Origin: Hemiscyllium ocellatum | Taxonomy: Eukaryota | Reading direction: 5' to 3' | Assembly (NCBI RefSeq): GCF_020745735.1 | Contig: NC_083435.1 | Location: forward strand, 28,767,231-28,831,230 | DNA length: 64,000 nucleotides | In this document: positions 22,700 through 36,900 of the stretch, piece by piece | Layout: the number at the start of each line of letters is the position of its first letter | Position numbering within the stretch: the stretch's first letter is position 1 | Notes under the pieces: model-generated | What the model was told of the DNA's origin: nothing | What the model saw: the letters and a program-made list of their open reading frames with translations, nothing else | Databases searched by the model: none | Program-made: the position numbers and the translations under genes

Positions 22700-23110
22700 T
22701 CTAGAAAATGGATTTTAGAAGAACGAGAGGTAATTTCATTAAACATGTCTGATTTTTAAGGACTAAACACGGTATATGTTAAATGGATGGTTCCCCGCAT
22801 GGAAGAGTCTAGGAGCACAGGGCGAAGTCTCAGAATAAGGCAAAGCAAATCTGAGACTCAGATGAGGACAAACTTCTTCCCGAGGAGAATTGTGATTGCT
22901 TGGATCACAATTCTGCAGATAACTACGATGCAGTGTCCTTATTTATATTTCAATTTAGGATAGAGAGATTCATGATCAATCAGGGAACAGGGCTTATAGG
23001 GAAAGTGCAGGAAAGCTGAAGTGAGAAATATTGGTTTGCTCATTTTGTTAATGAATGGTTGTGAGGTTTGATGCGCCAAATGGCCTACTCCTATTCCTGT
23101 TTCTTATTCT
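22700..23110 (+). mobile_element. CR1 LINE 3' end
   Basis: Seen: gaagagtctaggagcacaggg, gatgaggacaaacttcttc and gccaaatggcctactcctattcct. Confidence 0.7.
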
Positions 23111-25516
23111 CTTAAAACTGATAGTAACAGGCTCCACTATCAATAGTAATTCTGCATCTGGTGACAGCATGTTAATGGGCATTACATTTGCTGAAATAAG
23201 TATGTCATACTATATTTCACAAATGATTTTCTTATTTCAGTTTTAATTCTGGTAAAATACGAATACATTTCTGACCACATAGAATAGGGATAATCTCTGA
23301 GTCATAGAAATTGACAACATAGAAGGATACCATTCAACCACTGTCAAAGTGTTACGCTGCCTCATTTACACTTCTCAGCACTTGGTGTTTAGCTAGGAAA
23401 TTTAGGACATTTCAAGTGCATATTCGGATGCTTGCCTTTGTCATCCTTCATGCTGAAATTTCTATACTGCCAACATGCTCTCTGTGCAAACATCTTTCTC
23501 TATTCCCCTTTAATCGCCCTGATTGCTGATTACAATTTGTTGAAGGATATCTGTCTTTGTCTCCATTCATTCTACATTACCAGGAATTGCACCCAACTCC
23601 ATCCAATTTCTCTGCAGCATCTTCTGTTCCATACAAAATCTGAAAACCTTATACTCCCCTTTTCAATATGCTTCGGCTCTGGTGAGTCCTCATGAATCTC
23701 CACTACACTCACTCCCATATTAGCACATCACTCCCATGCCAGGCACTGTGTGCAGAATCTATGATCCAGCTCTTAGTTCATTTTGCTCTTGCATTAAATT
23801 CCTGCTGTCTCCAGGCAGTCCCCAGCTTATGAACATGTTCCAGAGTATTTATGTAAGTCAATAAGTTGGAAACAATATGGTACTCTCAAAGTACAAGTGA
23901 ACATTGACATGCGAGCCCCTTCAACTTCTGAGTAACGTAGCATATTTTGGAAGTAAGATCACAAATTCCGTATTCATAAGTCAATCACGAGCTGGAAAGG
24001 TTCTACCCATGGATTTTAATTATCTTCACTAGCAATAGTTGATAAGCTGTTATACGACCCATCATGCGGTCATACGTATTTATTTTCATGCAGTCATCAA
24101 TCTCATTCCATTCTAAGATATTTTCCTCAATACCATTCCCCAATACTTTTCCCAAGGCTGAAATTCTGTACAAAACTTCTATTGTGGGATTGTATTAAAT
24201 ACTTGTTGAAAATCCAATTACAGAAAAAGCATATGCCTGTCTCTACCCGTTGTATCAACTTTAAAATATGTACAAATTTATCAGGTATAATCCTTCTAAC
24301 AAATGCATTGATTTAAACTTTTAGACTGGCTCTCAAATCATCCACAGGCTTCTTCTCACATTCTGCAGCTCTTTCTGCATTTTTGTTTTTATTCTCCCTA
24401 TTTCTCCCAATCTGAGGGATTTGCCTTATGCTACGCTTTTTTTCTAGTTTTTTCTTTAGCTTTGATTCGGTGTCATACTCATATAGGTAATGCTAAGTAT
24501 TTGTTGGTAATCTATTGGTGAAAACCCTGTTGAGAAATAAAGAGCATTATGCTAAGGGAAGATGATACTTTTGTACATCCACACGAGTTGATGGCAAAGG
24601 ATAATTACTCTGTTTCTCAGGTGCCAGCCATTTTCTGATTCATTACAAAAGACAATGTACTGATTAAATCAGGGGCAACATTTCTGATTGATCAGTTAAT
24701 CAAGGTTTGGCAGTTAATTGACAGTATCTGCTAACTGGTGCACTTTCCATGCCCAAACCTCCACCAATCAAAGTCCAGTTACTTAATAGCCATCCCGTCA
24801 TCCCTTGGCTAGTCCTGTTAGAATTTTATACATTTCTATGAGATCTCTCCTCATTCTTCTAAATTCTCGTGTATTTATCCCAGCCTGATGCAGTCTCTCT
24901 TCAGAGCGATTCCACATGTGGAAGAATTCAAACCTCAACGCCATAAATGCAAAACATTATAAATAGATGCCTTGGAGGTCATCAGGAGCAGACTTGTCGG
25001 GTGGTTCCAACGTGGAGCTAGCTTCCATGGGGAGTTGATTAGGCAAGTTGTTTAAAAGATTTCAAAGTAAAACAATGGAATGTTTATTTGGAAAAGGGGA
25101 GGGATTGATGAACTGAATAATTGCGATGAAGTCAATGGAATGAAGTTAGTTCAACAAGCAGAATTAAGTTCAGGACAGACCAGATTGTTTACCTCGCCAT
25201 TTCTATTCTCGACATTGTCTATTAAATAAAATTCTCTGTATCTGTATCTGTCGAGGAAGATCCAAATTTTGAAGTTGCAAAATACCTGCTCCGCTCTACA
25301 GCTGAGCTAACTCATAATAGAACATCTCAAATATAATGCAGTGATCTAGTAGCAATGCCTGGCAGGAAATATTGGTTTGCAGCATAGTTATGACATTGTC
25401 ACAGCACACATGATAAGTGAATCAACTGTTGCTATGCACAGCGGATAGTCAGAGGATCAAATGTTGAGACTCCCAGTAACTTTTTTCCTTTTGTCTGCAT
25501 TGATGTCTATTACTGA

Positions 25517-25582
25517 AAATGTGTTGCTGGAAAAGAGAAGCAGGTCAGGCAGCATCCAAGGAGCTGGAGAATCGACGTTTCG
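25517..25582 (-). mobile_element. F1 PLE 3' terminus beginning inside hammerhead stem II
   Basis: Seen on the minus strand: ccgaaacgtcgattctccagctccttggatgctgcctgacctgct...ccagcaacacattt, matching 1951-2018. Confidence 0.85.
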
Positions 25583-25708
25583 GAAAAACGGTACACAATA
25601 TTCCATTAAAGGAGCAGACCTGTGAGATTTACTTTCATTCGGATGAGGATAGAAGGGATCACTTGGTGCATTTGATTGAAAAAATAATGGAGAACTAATC
25701 TGTATTGT

Positions 25709-26022
25709 GAGCGGCACGGTGACACAGTGGTTAGCACTGCTAGTCACGTTGCCCGTGACCCGGGTTCAATTCCCTCCTCAGGCGACTCTCTGTGTGTAGT
25801 TTGCACATTCTCCCCGTGTCTGCGTGGATTTCCTTCGGGTGCTGCGGTTTCCTCCCACAGTCCAAAGATGTGCAGTTCAGGTGATTTGGCCATGCTAAAT
25901 TACCCGTAGAGTTAGGTGAAGGAGTAAATGTAGGGGAATGGGTTTGGGTGGGTCGCACTTCGGCGAGTCGGGGTGGAGTTGTTGGACTGAAGGGCCTGTT
26001 TCCACACTGGAAGTAATCTAAT
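25709..26022 (+). mobile_element. HE1/V-SINE-type SINE, full length
   Basis: Seen: A-box-like ggtgacacagtggttagc, B-box-like gggttcaattccc, V-domain and gtaatctaat tail. Confidence 0.93.
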
Positions 26023-27104
26023 GTCATCATTATGTTTATCAAGGCTATGCGTAGATCTTCAAGTAATACAGAAAAAAAGCAGCGACCTTGGTATTCTTCC
26101 TCACACATGCATGACATACGTTTATGCAATTTTGAGAGTCAGCCGCTAATGAGGCGCGCCAAAGTAAGCAAGAATTGTTCAGTGTATCTTCCGGACATGA
26201 TGTGATGGTTTTACGCTAATCTCATCCCATAAGCAGTTTTTTTTTCTGTCTGCCTGCAGATAGTATGATGAATAAACTGCTGTCTCTTCTTACAAGCAAA
26301 TCTCAGGTGAGATTCTCCAATTTATTTAGGCTCTAAATTGGAGATACCCTGAACTTTTAAGCTCTTTGAATGTCATCATTCAGACAACATTATATTCAGC
26401 GAGGCCTCCCACTGCTTCAGTGACACCATTTTACTCGGATTAAGCAGTTAAGTGGCAAATTTGAAGTATTTCTTGAATGTCCAATAACATTTTGATACGC
26501 AGCTTCCCTCTATAACTATAGCCAATCAGATAAATAATTAAGTGATCAATTTATGACAATATATTTTCAATCTAATACCAACTATCAGATTATTACAGCC
26601 TTCAGGCTAACATAGAACCTCAAGCTAATTGCACATAACATAGTTAAAAAAACAATTCATTAAGCCAAACCAGTCTTTTAAAATCCTTTAAGAGAGATTG
26701 TCATTGCTGCCAAGAACATCATGAATTAAACATCTCAAATGCACTTATGGAGGTGGCCATGAGGCATCTTCTGAAAATGTAACAGCTCTTGGTGTGTCAG
26801 CACATTCCAAATGCTTTGTGGAAGGGAGTTACAGTCTTTTGAACCAGACAATCAATAAATGATCCCATTCACTCTCAGATTGCCACATGGCTTGGAAATG
26901 AACTTGCAAACAAATGCCTGCAGCAATGTTGTTGGACCAATCTGCATGGCTTACATTAGATGTCTTCCTTGCTCTAAGATACGATTCTAACCAATGGACT
27001 ACCATTAATTTCAACTTTGCTACAATTGTTCCATCCCACATTCAGTCAAATAGTCCTTGATACAGAGCTCTCGGTCACCTCATTGATTTCTGATATTTTG
27101 TCAT

Positions 27105-27440
27105 TTTCTTTCGTCATTTGGGGGAAATGGGCGTGACTGGATGGCTAGCATTGATAGCCCATCTCTATTTGTCCTTGAGAAGTTGGTGGTGAGCTACCTT
27201 CTTGAATCGCTGCAGTCCACTTGCTGTGCGTTGACTCACAATGCTTACAGGAATGGAATTACAGAAGTTTGACTCAGCAATTATGAAGGAGTTGTGGTAT
27301 ATTTCTAAATCACAGTGATGAGTGGCTTGGAGGGGAACTTGCAGGTGGTGGCGTTCCCAAATGCCTGCTGTCCTTGTTCTTCTAGATAGAAGTGGTTGTG
27401 GGTTTAGAAAGTGCTGTCTAAGGATACTTGATGAATTTGA
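27105..27440 (-). mobile_element. L2/CR1-group LINE 3' tail
   Basis: Seen: reverse-complement similarity to 45960-46235. Confidence 0.6.
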
Positions 27441-27962
27441 ACCAAAGCTGTAATGAGATCTGGCATGGAGTGTACCCAGAAGACCCCAAACTAAATGTCA
27501 GTGAGCTGGTTAAATGGCAATATATGGAATTGCAAATTACATTTCCCAGCACGTAATCAAGAATAAACAAATGAAATGATAACTGGTGCAATTCAATTTC
27601 TGCTCGGTTTTAGTTTTGGTCAGAATGTGCCTGTGCAATTTTCCACATTGTCGGGTAGATTCCAGTGTTGCAGTTGAAATAGACAATGTGGCTAGCATAG
27701 AGACTTGTTTAGAGCTCTCTGTGCCATGATATGGATGTTGCCAGAGCCCAGAGAACGCAGTCATTTTAATAAAAATGAAATGGAATGCAAAATTAAGGCA
27801 ACAGATCCTGGTTTGATGAATGCAGTTCAAACATAGCCGTAACCAAAAAAAAAACAGACCAGCTTTCTTTTTTTGATATGGGAGATCACTATTTTGTACT
27901 TTACTTCTCATTAATGAAAGAAAATTTAAATATTGTGGATGATTGTAGACATACTTTAGTTT

Positions 27963-29102
27963 AGGTTAGATCTCATGGAATACAGGGGGAGCTAGTCACT
28001 TGGATACACAACAGGCTCAAAGGTACAAGACAGATGGTGGTGATGGAGGGTTGTTTTTCAGACTGGAAATCTGTGAAGAATGGAGTGCCACAAGGATCGG
28101 TGCTGGGTTCTCGAATTTTTGTCATTTACATAAATGATTTGGATGCGAGCATAAGAGATACAATTAGTAAGTTTGCAGATGACACCAAAATTGGAGGTGT
28201 ACTGGACAGCGAAGAGGTTTACCTCAGATTACAATAGGATCTGGACCAGATGGGCCAATGGGCTGAGAAGTAGAAGATGGGGTTTAATCCAGATACATGC
28301 GAGGTGCTGCATTTTGGGAAAGCAAATCTTAGCAGGACTTATACACTTAATGGTAATGTGATAGGGAGTGTTGCTGAACAAAGAGATCTTGGAGTGCAGA
28401 TTCGGAACTCCTTGAAAGTGGAGTCGCAGGTAGATAGGATAGTGAAGAAGGCGTTTCGCATGCTTTCCTTTATTTGTCAGAGTATTGAGTATAGGAGTTG
28501 GGAGGTCATGGTGCGGCTATACAGGGCATTGTTTAGGCCACTGTTGGAATATTGCGTGCAGTTATGCTCTCCTTCCTATCGGAAAGATGTTGTGAATATT
28601 GAAAGAGTTCATAAAAGATTTAGAAGGATGTTGCCGGGGTAGGAGGATCTGAGCTATAGGGAGAGGCTGAACAGGATGGGGCTGTTTTTTCTGGAGTGTC
28701 GGATGCTGAGGGAGGCCCTTACAGATATTTACAAAATTATGAGGGGCATACATAGGATGAAGCGGCAACGTCATTTCCCTGGGGTTGGGGAAAACTGAAC
28801 GAGAGGTCATAGGTTTAGGGTGAGAGGGGAAAGATATAAAAGACACCTAAGGGGCAACTTCTTCACGCAGAAGGTGTTAAGTGTCTGGAATAAGCTGCCA
28901 GACGAAGTGGTGGAGGCTGGTATAATTGCAACATTTAAGAGGCATTTGGATGGGTATGTGAATAGGAAGGGTATGGAGGGATATGGGCCAGGTGCTGGCA
29001 GGTGGGTCTAGATTGGGTTGGGATATTTTGTTGGCAGGGGTGGGTTGGACCAACCTCTGTCTTCTACCTTTGAGCCTGTGCTGTACATCTCTATGACTCT
29101 AA
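27963..29102 (+). mobile_element. 5'-truncated CR1 LINE (RT C-terminal half and 3' tail)
   Basis: Seen: GVPQGSVLG, IYINDLD, KFADDTK, LGV and RPLLEYCVQ motifs, with stops and frameshifts. Ends ctctatgactctaa. Confidence 0.93.
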
Positions 29103-30554
29103 CCTTACACTTGTTCATCGTTGTAATTGCCTTTGAGGATGCTGTCAATGTGATCCTCCAATTCTTGTGAAAGGAAAATCTAAAATGAATCAAGTACTGA
29201 GTGATATTTTTATTCCTGTTTGTTTGGGGGCAATGTAGGAGAGTTAATTTGATACAAAATAATAGTTTAGGCCTTCATCGACCAAATATATCGTTGACCC
29301 TGATGATTCTGAAAACTACCCGTAGGCCAAAAAGTAAAGAACCTTGACAGAATATTGAAGCCAAGTATGAACCATGTCGCCTGAAAAATGAAAAAAACAC
29401 AGAATCCTTACGTTTAGATTTGAATTGCATTGTCATGTGTAGTCAAGTACAGAAGTGCAGGAGTGCAGTGAAAAGTATATAATGTTGTCACGCAGGGTAC
29501 CATCTTAAGTGCAAACGTACCTCAGCACTAAAAAAACCCTAGGGTACAAAATAGTCAAAGAAACAAAGTTGAAAAGTTAATCATACCCTTCATTGAATAA
29601 GTCGGAAACTAAAACAAAGGTCACGGTCAACATTAAAGTCCTTCTTAATATAAACGAGAAAAAGAAAGGAATAAAGTTCAAAGTTCAACAGTGTTTGATC
29701 AGTCTCCACTTTTCTCATTCTCTGGGAGAATTCTGTTGCCAGATCTTTACCAAACGACCGCAGATATTGGGGGAGGTCCCTCACCGCTCGCTCTTCCCGC
29801 TTTGGTCTGCAATATCATTACTGCTACTGCTGCTGCTGAAGCTGCCATCTCCCTGATCTCTTCGTCCTATTTCCAGAACATGCCAAGGTACTGTCAGAAC
29901 CGGCTGAAAAACCAGCCTGAGATACTGCCGTGGGGCACCGAGGGATTGGGTCGACACATCAGCAGGCAGCTCAGCAGACGCTCAGAGGCTCAGATAGGTG
30001 GTAGATAAAAGTGTCAAGATTTGCTTCCAAAACAAGAGATCTGACTCCCGAAATTTCCCATTAAATCAGCCCTTACACGTCTGAGAACCTTCTGTTCGCT
30101 GCACCTAAACATCAATATATTTTGTTAACAAATATATCCTGTAAGAAGTTGACTATCTACACAAAAATGAATTTAGAAAATTCAAAGTGCTATTCTAATC
30201 AAACTGATGGACAATGTGCATAGAAGTCTAAACGCTTGTAGATTTGCAACTTTAAGCATTACGGATGACAAAGTTAACACAAACCAATTTTTCCAATTAG
30301 TCATTTAAACGAATTAAAACACACCAGTGCAAGGACATAACATTGGTTATGATTTCTTGACAAGGGCTAGTAAGCAAGGTTGACATCACCACTGCGTCTG
30401 TAACCTGGGAAGTATGGATATGAGTTGCACAATGGTGGTGTCCCTGTCTCTATACTAGGAGATCTAGATACAAGCCCCACCTGTGCAGAAAATACCTCAC
30501 AATTGGTCCAAGCAGGTTGGTTAAAACAAAATCTCTAAATCTCTAAATGTTTTA

Positions 30555-30808
30555 TAAAAAAACTTTTGCGATTTACATATGAAAGAAGTGATATCAACAT
30601 GATCATTCTGAAAGATGAGAGACTGAATAAACCATTTGGGTCTTTTACTATATAAATTGTTACATCACCCTGGAACTCTTTGCTTTATATTCTGTGTCTA
30701 ACAATCTTATTCTCCACAATCACCTGATGAAGGAGCAGCGCTTGGAAAGCTGGTGATTCCAAGTAAACCTGTTGGATTATAACCTGGTTTTATGTGATTT
30801 TTAATTTT
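30555..30808 (+). mobile_element. Non-coding F3 PLE-type 3' segment with a hammerhead motif at 30721-30755
   Basis: Seen: CAC-CUGAUGA-A-GGAGC(AGC)GCUUG-GAAA-GCUG-GUG, followed by the F3 tail. No ORF. Confidence 0.78.
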
Positions 30809-31382
30809 AATATCTGATCACAAACATTCTGAAAAACCAATCAAGAAAAAGGCAGCATTTAGTTCATCATGGTGCAGGCAGAATATACCCAAGGAGTTTG
30901 ATGTCTCAGGAAGTGAGCAATTTTTACTCAGAGAAACACTAGCATTTGCACCCTAGTTGCCAAAGGGAAAAAGAACATTAGGATAGTATGAGGCCATTCT
31001 GTCCTTCAAGTCTCTTGTACGATTCCATAATTGTCTAAATATGTCTGAATTCCAATTTCTGATTTTGTTCCATTTCCATTGATACCATTGCATATTGAAA
31101 ATCTAACAGTCTTAGAGTTAAAAGTACCAATCGTCTGGACATCCCTAATTTTCGAGAGAAAGTTTCAAATATGTCTTACATTTTTGCAAACGTGTTTCTG
31201 GACCTATCCCGGAAGCTTGAAGTGTAAAATAATTTTTCCTCTTGTGTTGATTCCCCAGAACACCATATAACTTCAGTTCGTTAACACGACCAAATCTTTT
31301 CTATCCTACAGAGAGTTAAATCACACGGATAATAAACCTTGAGTACTCCGGGGAATACAAGCCAAACTTATGACATCTCACC

Positions 31383-32302
31383 GGTAAAAACAATGACTGC
31401 AGATGCTGGAAGCCAGATTCTGGAACAGAGTGGTGCTGGAAAAGCTCAGCAGTACAGGCAGCATCCAAGAAACAGAAAAATCGACATTTCGGGCAAAAGC
31501 CCTTCATCAGGAATACAGGCAGAGTGCCTGAAGGGTGGAGAGATAAATGAGAGGAGGGTGGGGGTGGGGAGAAAGTCGAATAGGGTACAATAAGTGAGTG
31601 GGGTTGGGGATAAAGGTGATAGATCAGGGAGGAGGGTGGGGGAAGGTAGCAAAGAGTACACCCAACAAAGTTTTACCTGCAAATCCACCAATATCAAATA
31701 TTGTATATGTTGCTCCCAATGTGGTCTCCTCTACATTGTGGAGACTGGAAGCCTCCTAGCAGAGCGCTTTATGAAACATCTCTGGGACACCCGCACCAAT
31801 CAATCACACCGCCCTGCGAACCAACATTTCAACTCCCCTCCCATTCAGCAGAAGACATGGAGCTCCTGGGCCTCCTTCACCGCTGCTCCCTCACCATCCG
31901 ATGCCTGGAGGAGGAACGCCTCATCTTCCACCTCGGATCACTGCCCAGGGCAACAATGTGGACTTCACCAGCTTCCTCATTCCCCCTACCCCCACCTCAC
32001 CCAAGTTCCAAACTTCCAGCTCAGCACCGACGCCATCACCTGTCCTACCTGCCTATCATCTTTTCCAACTATTCACTTCACCCTCCTCGCTGATCTAAAA
32101 CCTTAATCCACATTCCCAATCACCTATTGTGCTCTATGCTACTTACTCCCCACCCCCACCCCCACCTTCCTCTCATTTATCTCTCCACCCTTCAGGCACT
32201 CTGCCTGCATTCCTGATGAAGGGCTTTTGTCTGAAACGTCGATTTTCCTGCTCCTCGGATACTGTCTGAACTGTTGTGTTTTTCCAGCATCACTCTACCC
32301 CA
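31383..32302. mobile_element. F1 PLE with head-to-head structure: inverted 3' UTR (31383-~31650) plus direct GIY-YIG and 3' UTR, 15-bp TSD
   Basis: Seen: hammerhead motifs at ~31480-31515 (-) and 32209-32244 (+), and FTCKSTNIKYCICCSQCGLLYIVETG. ttatgacatctcacc (31368-31382) versus ttatgccatctcacc (32303-32317), 1 mismatch. Confidence 0.9.
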
Positions 32303-32779
32303 TTATGCCATCTCACCTTCAACCCTGCTTCTGGTCCTGGACAATCTGTGAATTTTTGAAAGGATGTGTCGTAAGAGGTAATTTAAACTCATTGTCAGAG
32401 TCTTAAGAAAGAGTGCAGGGATGAACAAGTTTTAGAACATATGCATTGACCTCCAGAGGCACTTTCATGACACAATGTTAGTGTCCCTGCCACTGAGCTA
32501 GAGAGTCTGCCTTCAAGTCCTACCTGTTCTACACGTGTGTAATATCCTTTCTGAGCAGGATGATTTTGCAAATATCTACATGAAACTTTGAAGGTGGCAT
32601 TCCAAATCATGAATAAACTGCCAGATTATCTTTGCAATCAGAACATGTGTAACCCTTTGTTTCATAAGCAAACCAAAATAGCAACAATGTTAAGCTAAAC
32701 ATTCATAAATTGCTGAACGTGCCTCAGATAGGACATCATTGTTCCGATCTGGGCAGCATAGTTCAGGGACGATGTCTTT

Positions 32780-33107
32780 CATAGAATTCCTGCAGTGTGG
32801 AAGAAGGTCATCAGACCATGAATCCACACTGACTCTCTGATCGGCACCCTACATAGATCCACCCTAACCCTGCATTTCTCATGGCGAATCCATATCCTCT
32901 GCATATTCGTGGGCATTGTGAGTAATTTTTCATAGCTAACCCACTGATCTGCACATTTCCGGTCTGTGGAAGGAAACTGGAGTACCCGGAGGAAACCTAT
33001 GTAGACACAGGAAGAATGTGCAAACATCACACAGACATTTGCCTGAGACTAGAATCGAACCCTGGTCTCAGGTACTGTGAGGCAGCAGTGCTAATTACTG
33101 AGTTACC
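32780..33107 (-). mobile_element. HE1/V-SINE-type SINE
   Basis: Seen: gaggcagcagtgctaa head, gagtacccggaggaaacc core and catagaattcc tail. Confidence 0.85.
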
Positions 33108-33119
33108 ATCCTTTTCTCA

Positions 33120-33760
33120 ATGGCTGTTTGAAAACTGGTATTGGAATAAAAAGTAGACAAATGAATGATTTGGTTAGGCCACTACTTAACAGACTTTGGT
33201 GAGAACACCCATAGAATTCTATGCGAGCTTTGTTCTCCTGATGTAATGAAAAATATTGCTGCGATAGAGGCTGTACAGTGAATGTTTAGTAGACTGTTTC
33301 CGGGAATGGCAGGATTGATATATGAAGGGAGCTTGAATTGATTAGGATTTTACTTACTGGACTTCAGCAGACTAAGGGAAGGGGATGATAATCCCATTGA
33401 AACCTATACAATTCTAGCAGGGCTAGAGAGGGTAGATGAAGGATGGGTTTTCTTGATGGTGGGTGAATCCAGAACCAAAGGTCAAAATCTAAGGGTGTAA
33501 TTTAGGCTATTTAGGACTGAGATAAGAAATTTCTTAACCCATTGACAGGTGAGACTGTGGAGTTCATGAATACAGAAAGGAATCGAGACCAAAATCATGT
33601 TAGGATTTCCAGATGGAGGTTGTTACAGCAGTTGTGGAAAAACTGATCAAACTATATGGAAGAAAAGCAGGAAAGCGTTGGACGATCTGCCATGATCATA
33701 ATGAATGAAGGTGCAGTAACAAAGGGCCACATGACCTATTCATGTTTGTATGCCATACTT
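33120..33760 (+). mobile_element. Degenerate CR1 LINE 3' region
   Basis: Seen: ggtgagaccac-like start, gaatccagaacc and ggactgagataagaaatttctt. Confidence 0.7.
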
Positions 33761-34959
33761 TTGGAAAAGTTTCATTGTATCTTTATCTAATCCTGGACAC
33801 GAACTCACTTTTGACTTTTGGCTTGTGATAACAAATTGACCTGCTATTTGAATTTGTGACCAGTATGAAGAATTCTGACATGGTTTCCAGAAAGAACTAC
33901 CACCTGACAGGCAACAGCCCATTCCTTCTTAGCTGGCAATAAAGATATTCGCCATTCCATCATCAACACTACAAGTCTGTGGAATGTTTTATGCACAGCA
34001 AAAAGGTGATCATAGGAAATATCTTCATTGCGTCATTTAGTTTGTAATAAAATACATTTTCACACTATTCTTCGCAGATTGTCAAGCAACTAATGTTTGA
34101 TCTGTGGAGGTATTGCTTTCTTAACTACAATAAAAATCTTAAAATATGAAATGTTATTCTTTAATTACTTCTGTCGATATTGAAGCAAGTCAGCGAATTC
34201 TATATCTCTATGGCAATCATAACAATGCAATGGGGAGTCATTGGGCTCTGACCATAATGATGATGACACACAAGACAAACACTCAACTTCTACTACTTCT
34301 CCTTGAAAATATCATGAACTGTCTATCAGTTAGCGGATCTTCCAGCTACCATTTCATTTTCAAATTTAGATAGAAAATATGGACTTCAGTAATGGGCAAG
34401 TATCACAAATTATCTTTCAGTAAAAGGTAGTCAGGCACTTTCTTTAATTTTTGCATTTCATTTGGTGCTAGCACACCTACAATGTTGTTCAGGAGGAAGC
34501 TCTGTGATTTTGATGCTGTGACACTGAAGTAGCAATTTAGTTCCAAGTCAAGAATATTTACAATATTTACCTAAAGTATAAATTGTATACAGAGCATGGA
34601 TAAGATAGTCCTGAAGTGATTTACTTGTTGATTTGAAAGTTTGTACAGAGGTAAATTGCTTTTAGACATGAATAGCATGGTAGCCTTTCAGCAGGAGATT
34701 GAGCATAACTGGTTGATTGTACGATAAGGTTTTCAGATTTTGCAATGAAGTTTTTTGTTGGAACAGATTTAAATGCGGAGAGATGTCCTGTATCTGCAGG
34801 GAACCAAAAGGCCTGACAGACATCTCAGCAGGCAACAAATAGTGACAGAGGTCAATAGCTCACACTTATCTAAAATACGCTTGATCCGTCACTCCTTTAC
34901 CCACCGATGCATCAGAAAAAGATCCCATAGTAACCTGAAACTTGCCCTAATTGATTAGG

Positions 34960-36900
34960 TCTCTTGACGAGTGAGATTCCGAGAACACTGAGACTCCATG
35001 AACAGTAATTTGCCTTAATCAGTAAGGTTCACTGAGCAGAGAGACTTCCTGAGCAATAAAACTGTCACAGCCTTGAGAATCCCTGAGCCTTGAGAATCAT
35101 TGAGCCTTGAGACTCAAGGAGCAATGAGATTATCTGAACAACGAGACTCCCTGAGCAGTGAGAGTCCCTGAGCAGTGAGAGTCATAGATTCATCGATTTG
35201 TATAACACAAAAAATACCCTATGGTCCAACTTGTCTCTGACGACCAGATGTACTCAATTAGTCTAATCCCATTTGGCATCATTTGGTGCCAAAATTCTCC
35301 AAACCTTTCTAACTATGACCCACTCCAGATGACTATGAAATGTGGTAATTGTACCAATGTCACCTCTGGCTGCTCATACTATATACGCACCATCCTTATG
35401 CACACCATTCTGTGAATGCACATATTGGTCATTGAGTCCCATTTATATCTTTCCCCTCTTAACTTAAATTTATGCCGTCTTGTTTTGGACTCCCCTACTC
35501 TGCGTGAAAGATCTTGCCTATTCACTGTGTCTAGGCTCCTCATGATTTTATAAACCTCTATAAGGTCACCCCTCAGTCTCCAACTCTCCAGGGAAATCAG
35601 CTCCAGCATATTCAGTCTCTGCATTTCACTCAAAACCCTCCAAACCTGACAACATCATTGTAAATCTTTCCAACAAGGTTTCATGTTCAACAATATTTTT
35701 TCTATGGTAGGGAGACCAAAATTCAATGCAGTATTCAAAAAGTGGCCTAACCACTATCCTACACAGCCACAATGTGCCTTCCCAGCTTCTATACTCAATG
35801 CACTAAACAAATGCCTTCTTCACGACTCTGTCTATGCATGACTCCACCTTCAAGGAACTATGAACTTGCACTCTATGATGTCTTTGGTGAGCTACACTTC
35901 GCAGAAGCTAGCATAACATGTACAAGTCTTGCCCTGATTTGAATTAGCAAAGCGTTAACACCTCACACTTATCTAAATTAGACTCCATTTACTGCTCCTC
36001 TGCCAATTGACCCATCTGATTAAGGTCTGTGCTCTGGTATAACATTCACTGTTCATATTTGTGTTATCTACAAAGAAGCTAACCATTCCTCCTATAGTCA
36101 CATTTACATTATTTATATAAAGGACACTACTGGTCAAAAGCTTCCAGTTTGAAAAGCAACCTTTTACCACTATTGTCTGTCTCCCACCTTCAAACAGTTT
36201 TGCATTCAAATGCCTAGCTCTCTCTGGATCCCATGTGACCAAACTTTGCTAACCAATCTAACATGGGAACCTTATCAAAGGTCTACCTGAAGCCCACAAA
36301 GAAACGCTTCACCACTGTCTCTTCATCAATCTTCCCTGTCACTTCTTCAATAAACTCAATCTCCCAGAGCAGTGATTTGCCCTGATCGTTGTGGTCCCAC
36401 TGACCAGTGACACGCCCTGAGCAGTGAGTCTCCCTGAGCAATGAGACTCACTAAACGCTACTAGCCCTGAGCAATGAGACTCCTTGAGCAGTGATTTGCC
36501 CTGATCAGTAGGTCTGAGCAGTGGGACTCCCTGAGCCTTGAGTCTTCCTGAGCAGTGAGTCTAAGTGAACGCTGGTAGTCCCTGAGCAGTGAGATACCCT
36601 GAACAGTGATCTGCCCTGATAAATTAGGCCCCCGAACAGTGACAATCCCTGGGGATTGAACCTCACTGAGCCTTGAGACTGTCTGAGCAGTGATTTGATC
36701 TGACCAGTAAGGTTCCGGAGTAGTGACACTGCCTATGCATTGAGATTCCCTCGGCAGTGAGAGCCTTGAGCAACAAGGCTGACTGGGCAATGATGGTCAC
36801 TCAGAGTTGATTTCCCCTGATCAGTGAGATATCTCTGAGATGAGAATCTTAAACTATGGGCCCCTTTCAAGAAGATGACTATTTACTGAGACCCCGAATG
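34960..36900 (+). repeat. 17-bp minisatellite (cctgagcagtgagactc) split into two parts (34960-35182 and 36361-36900) by a CR1
   Basis: Seen: ccctgagcagtgagagt units on both sides of the CR1. Confidence 0.85.
35177..36360 (-). mobile_element. 5'-truncated CR1 LINE inserted in the minisatellite
   Basis: Seen: agagtcatag tail, LISLESWRLRGDLIEVYKIM and VVKGCFSNWK remnants. Confidence 0.88.
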
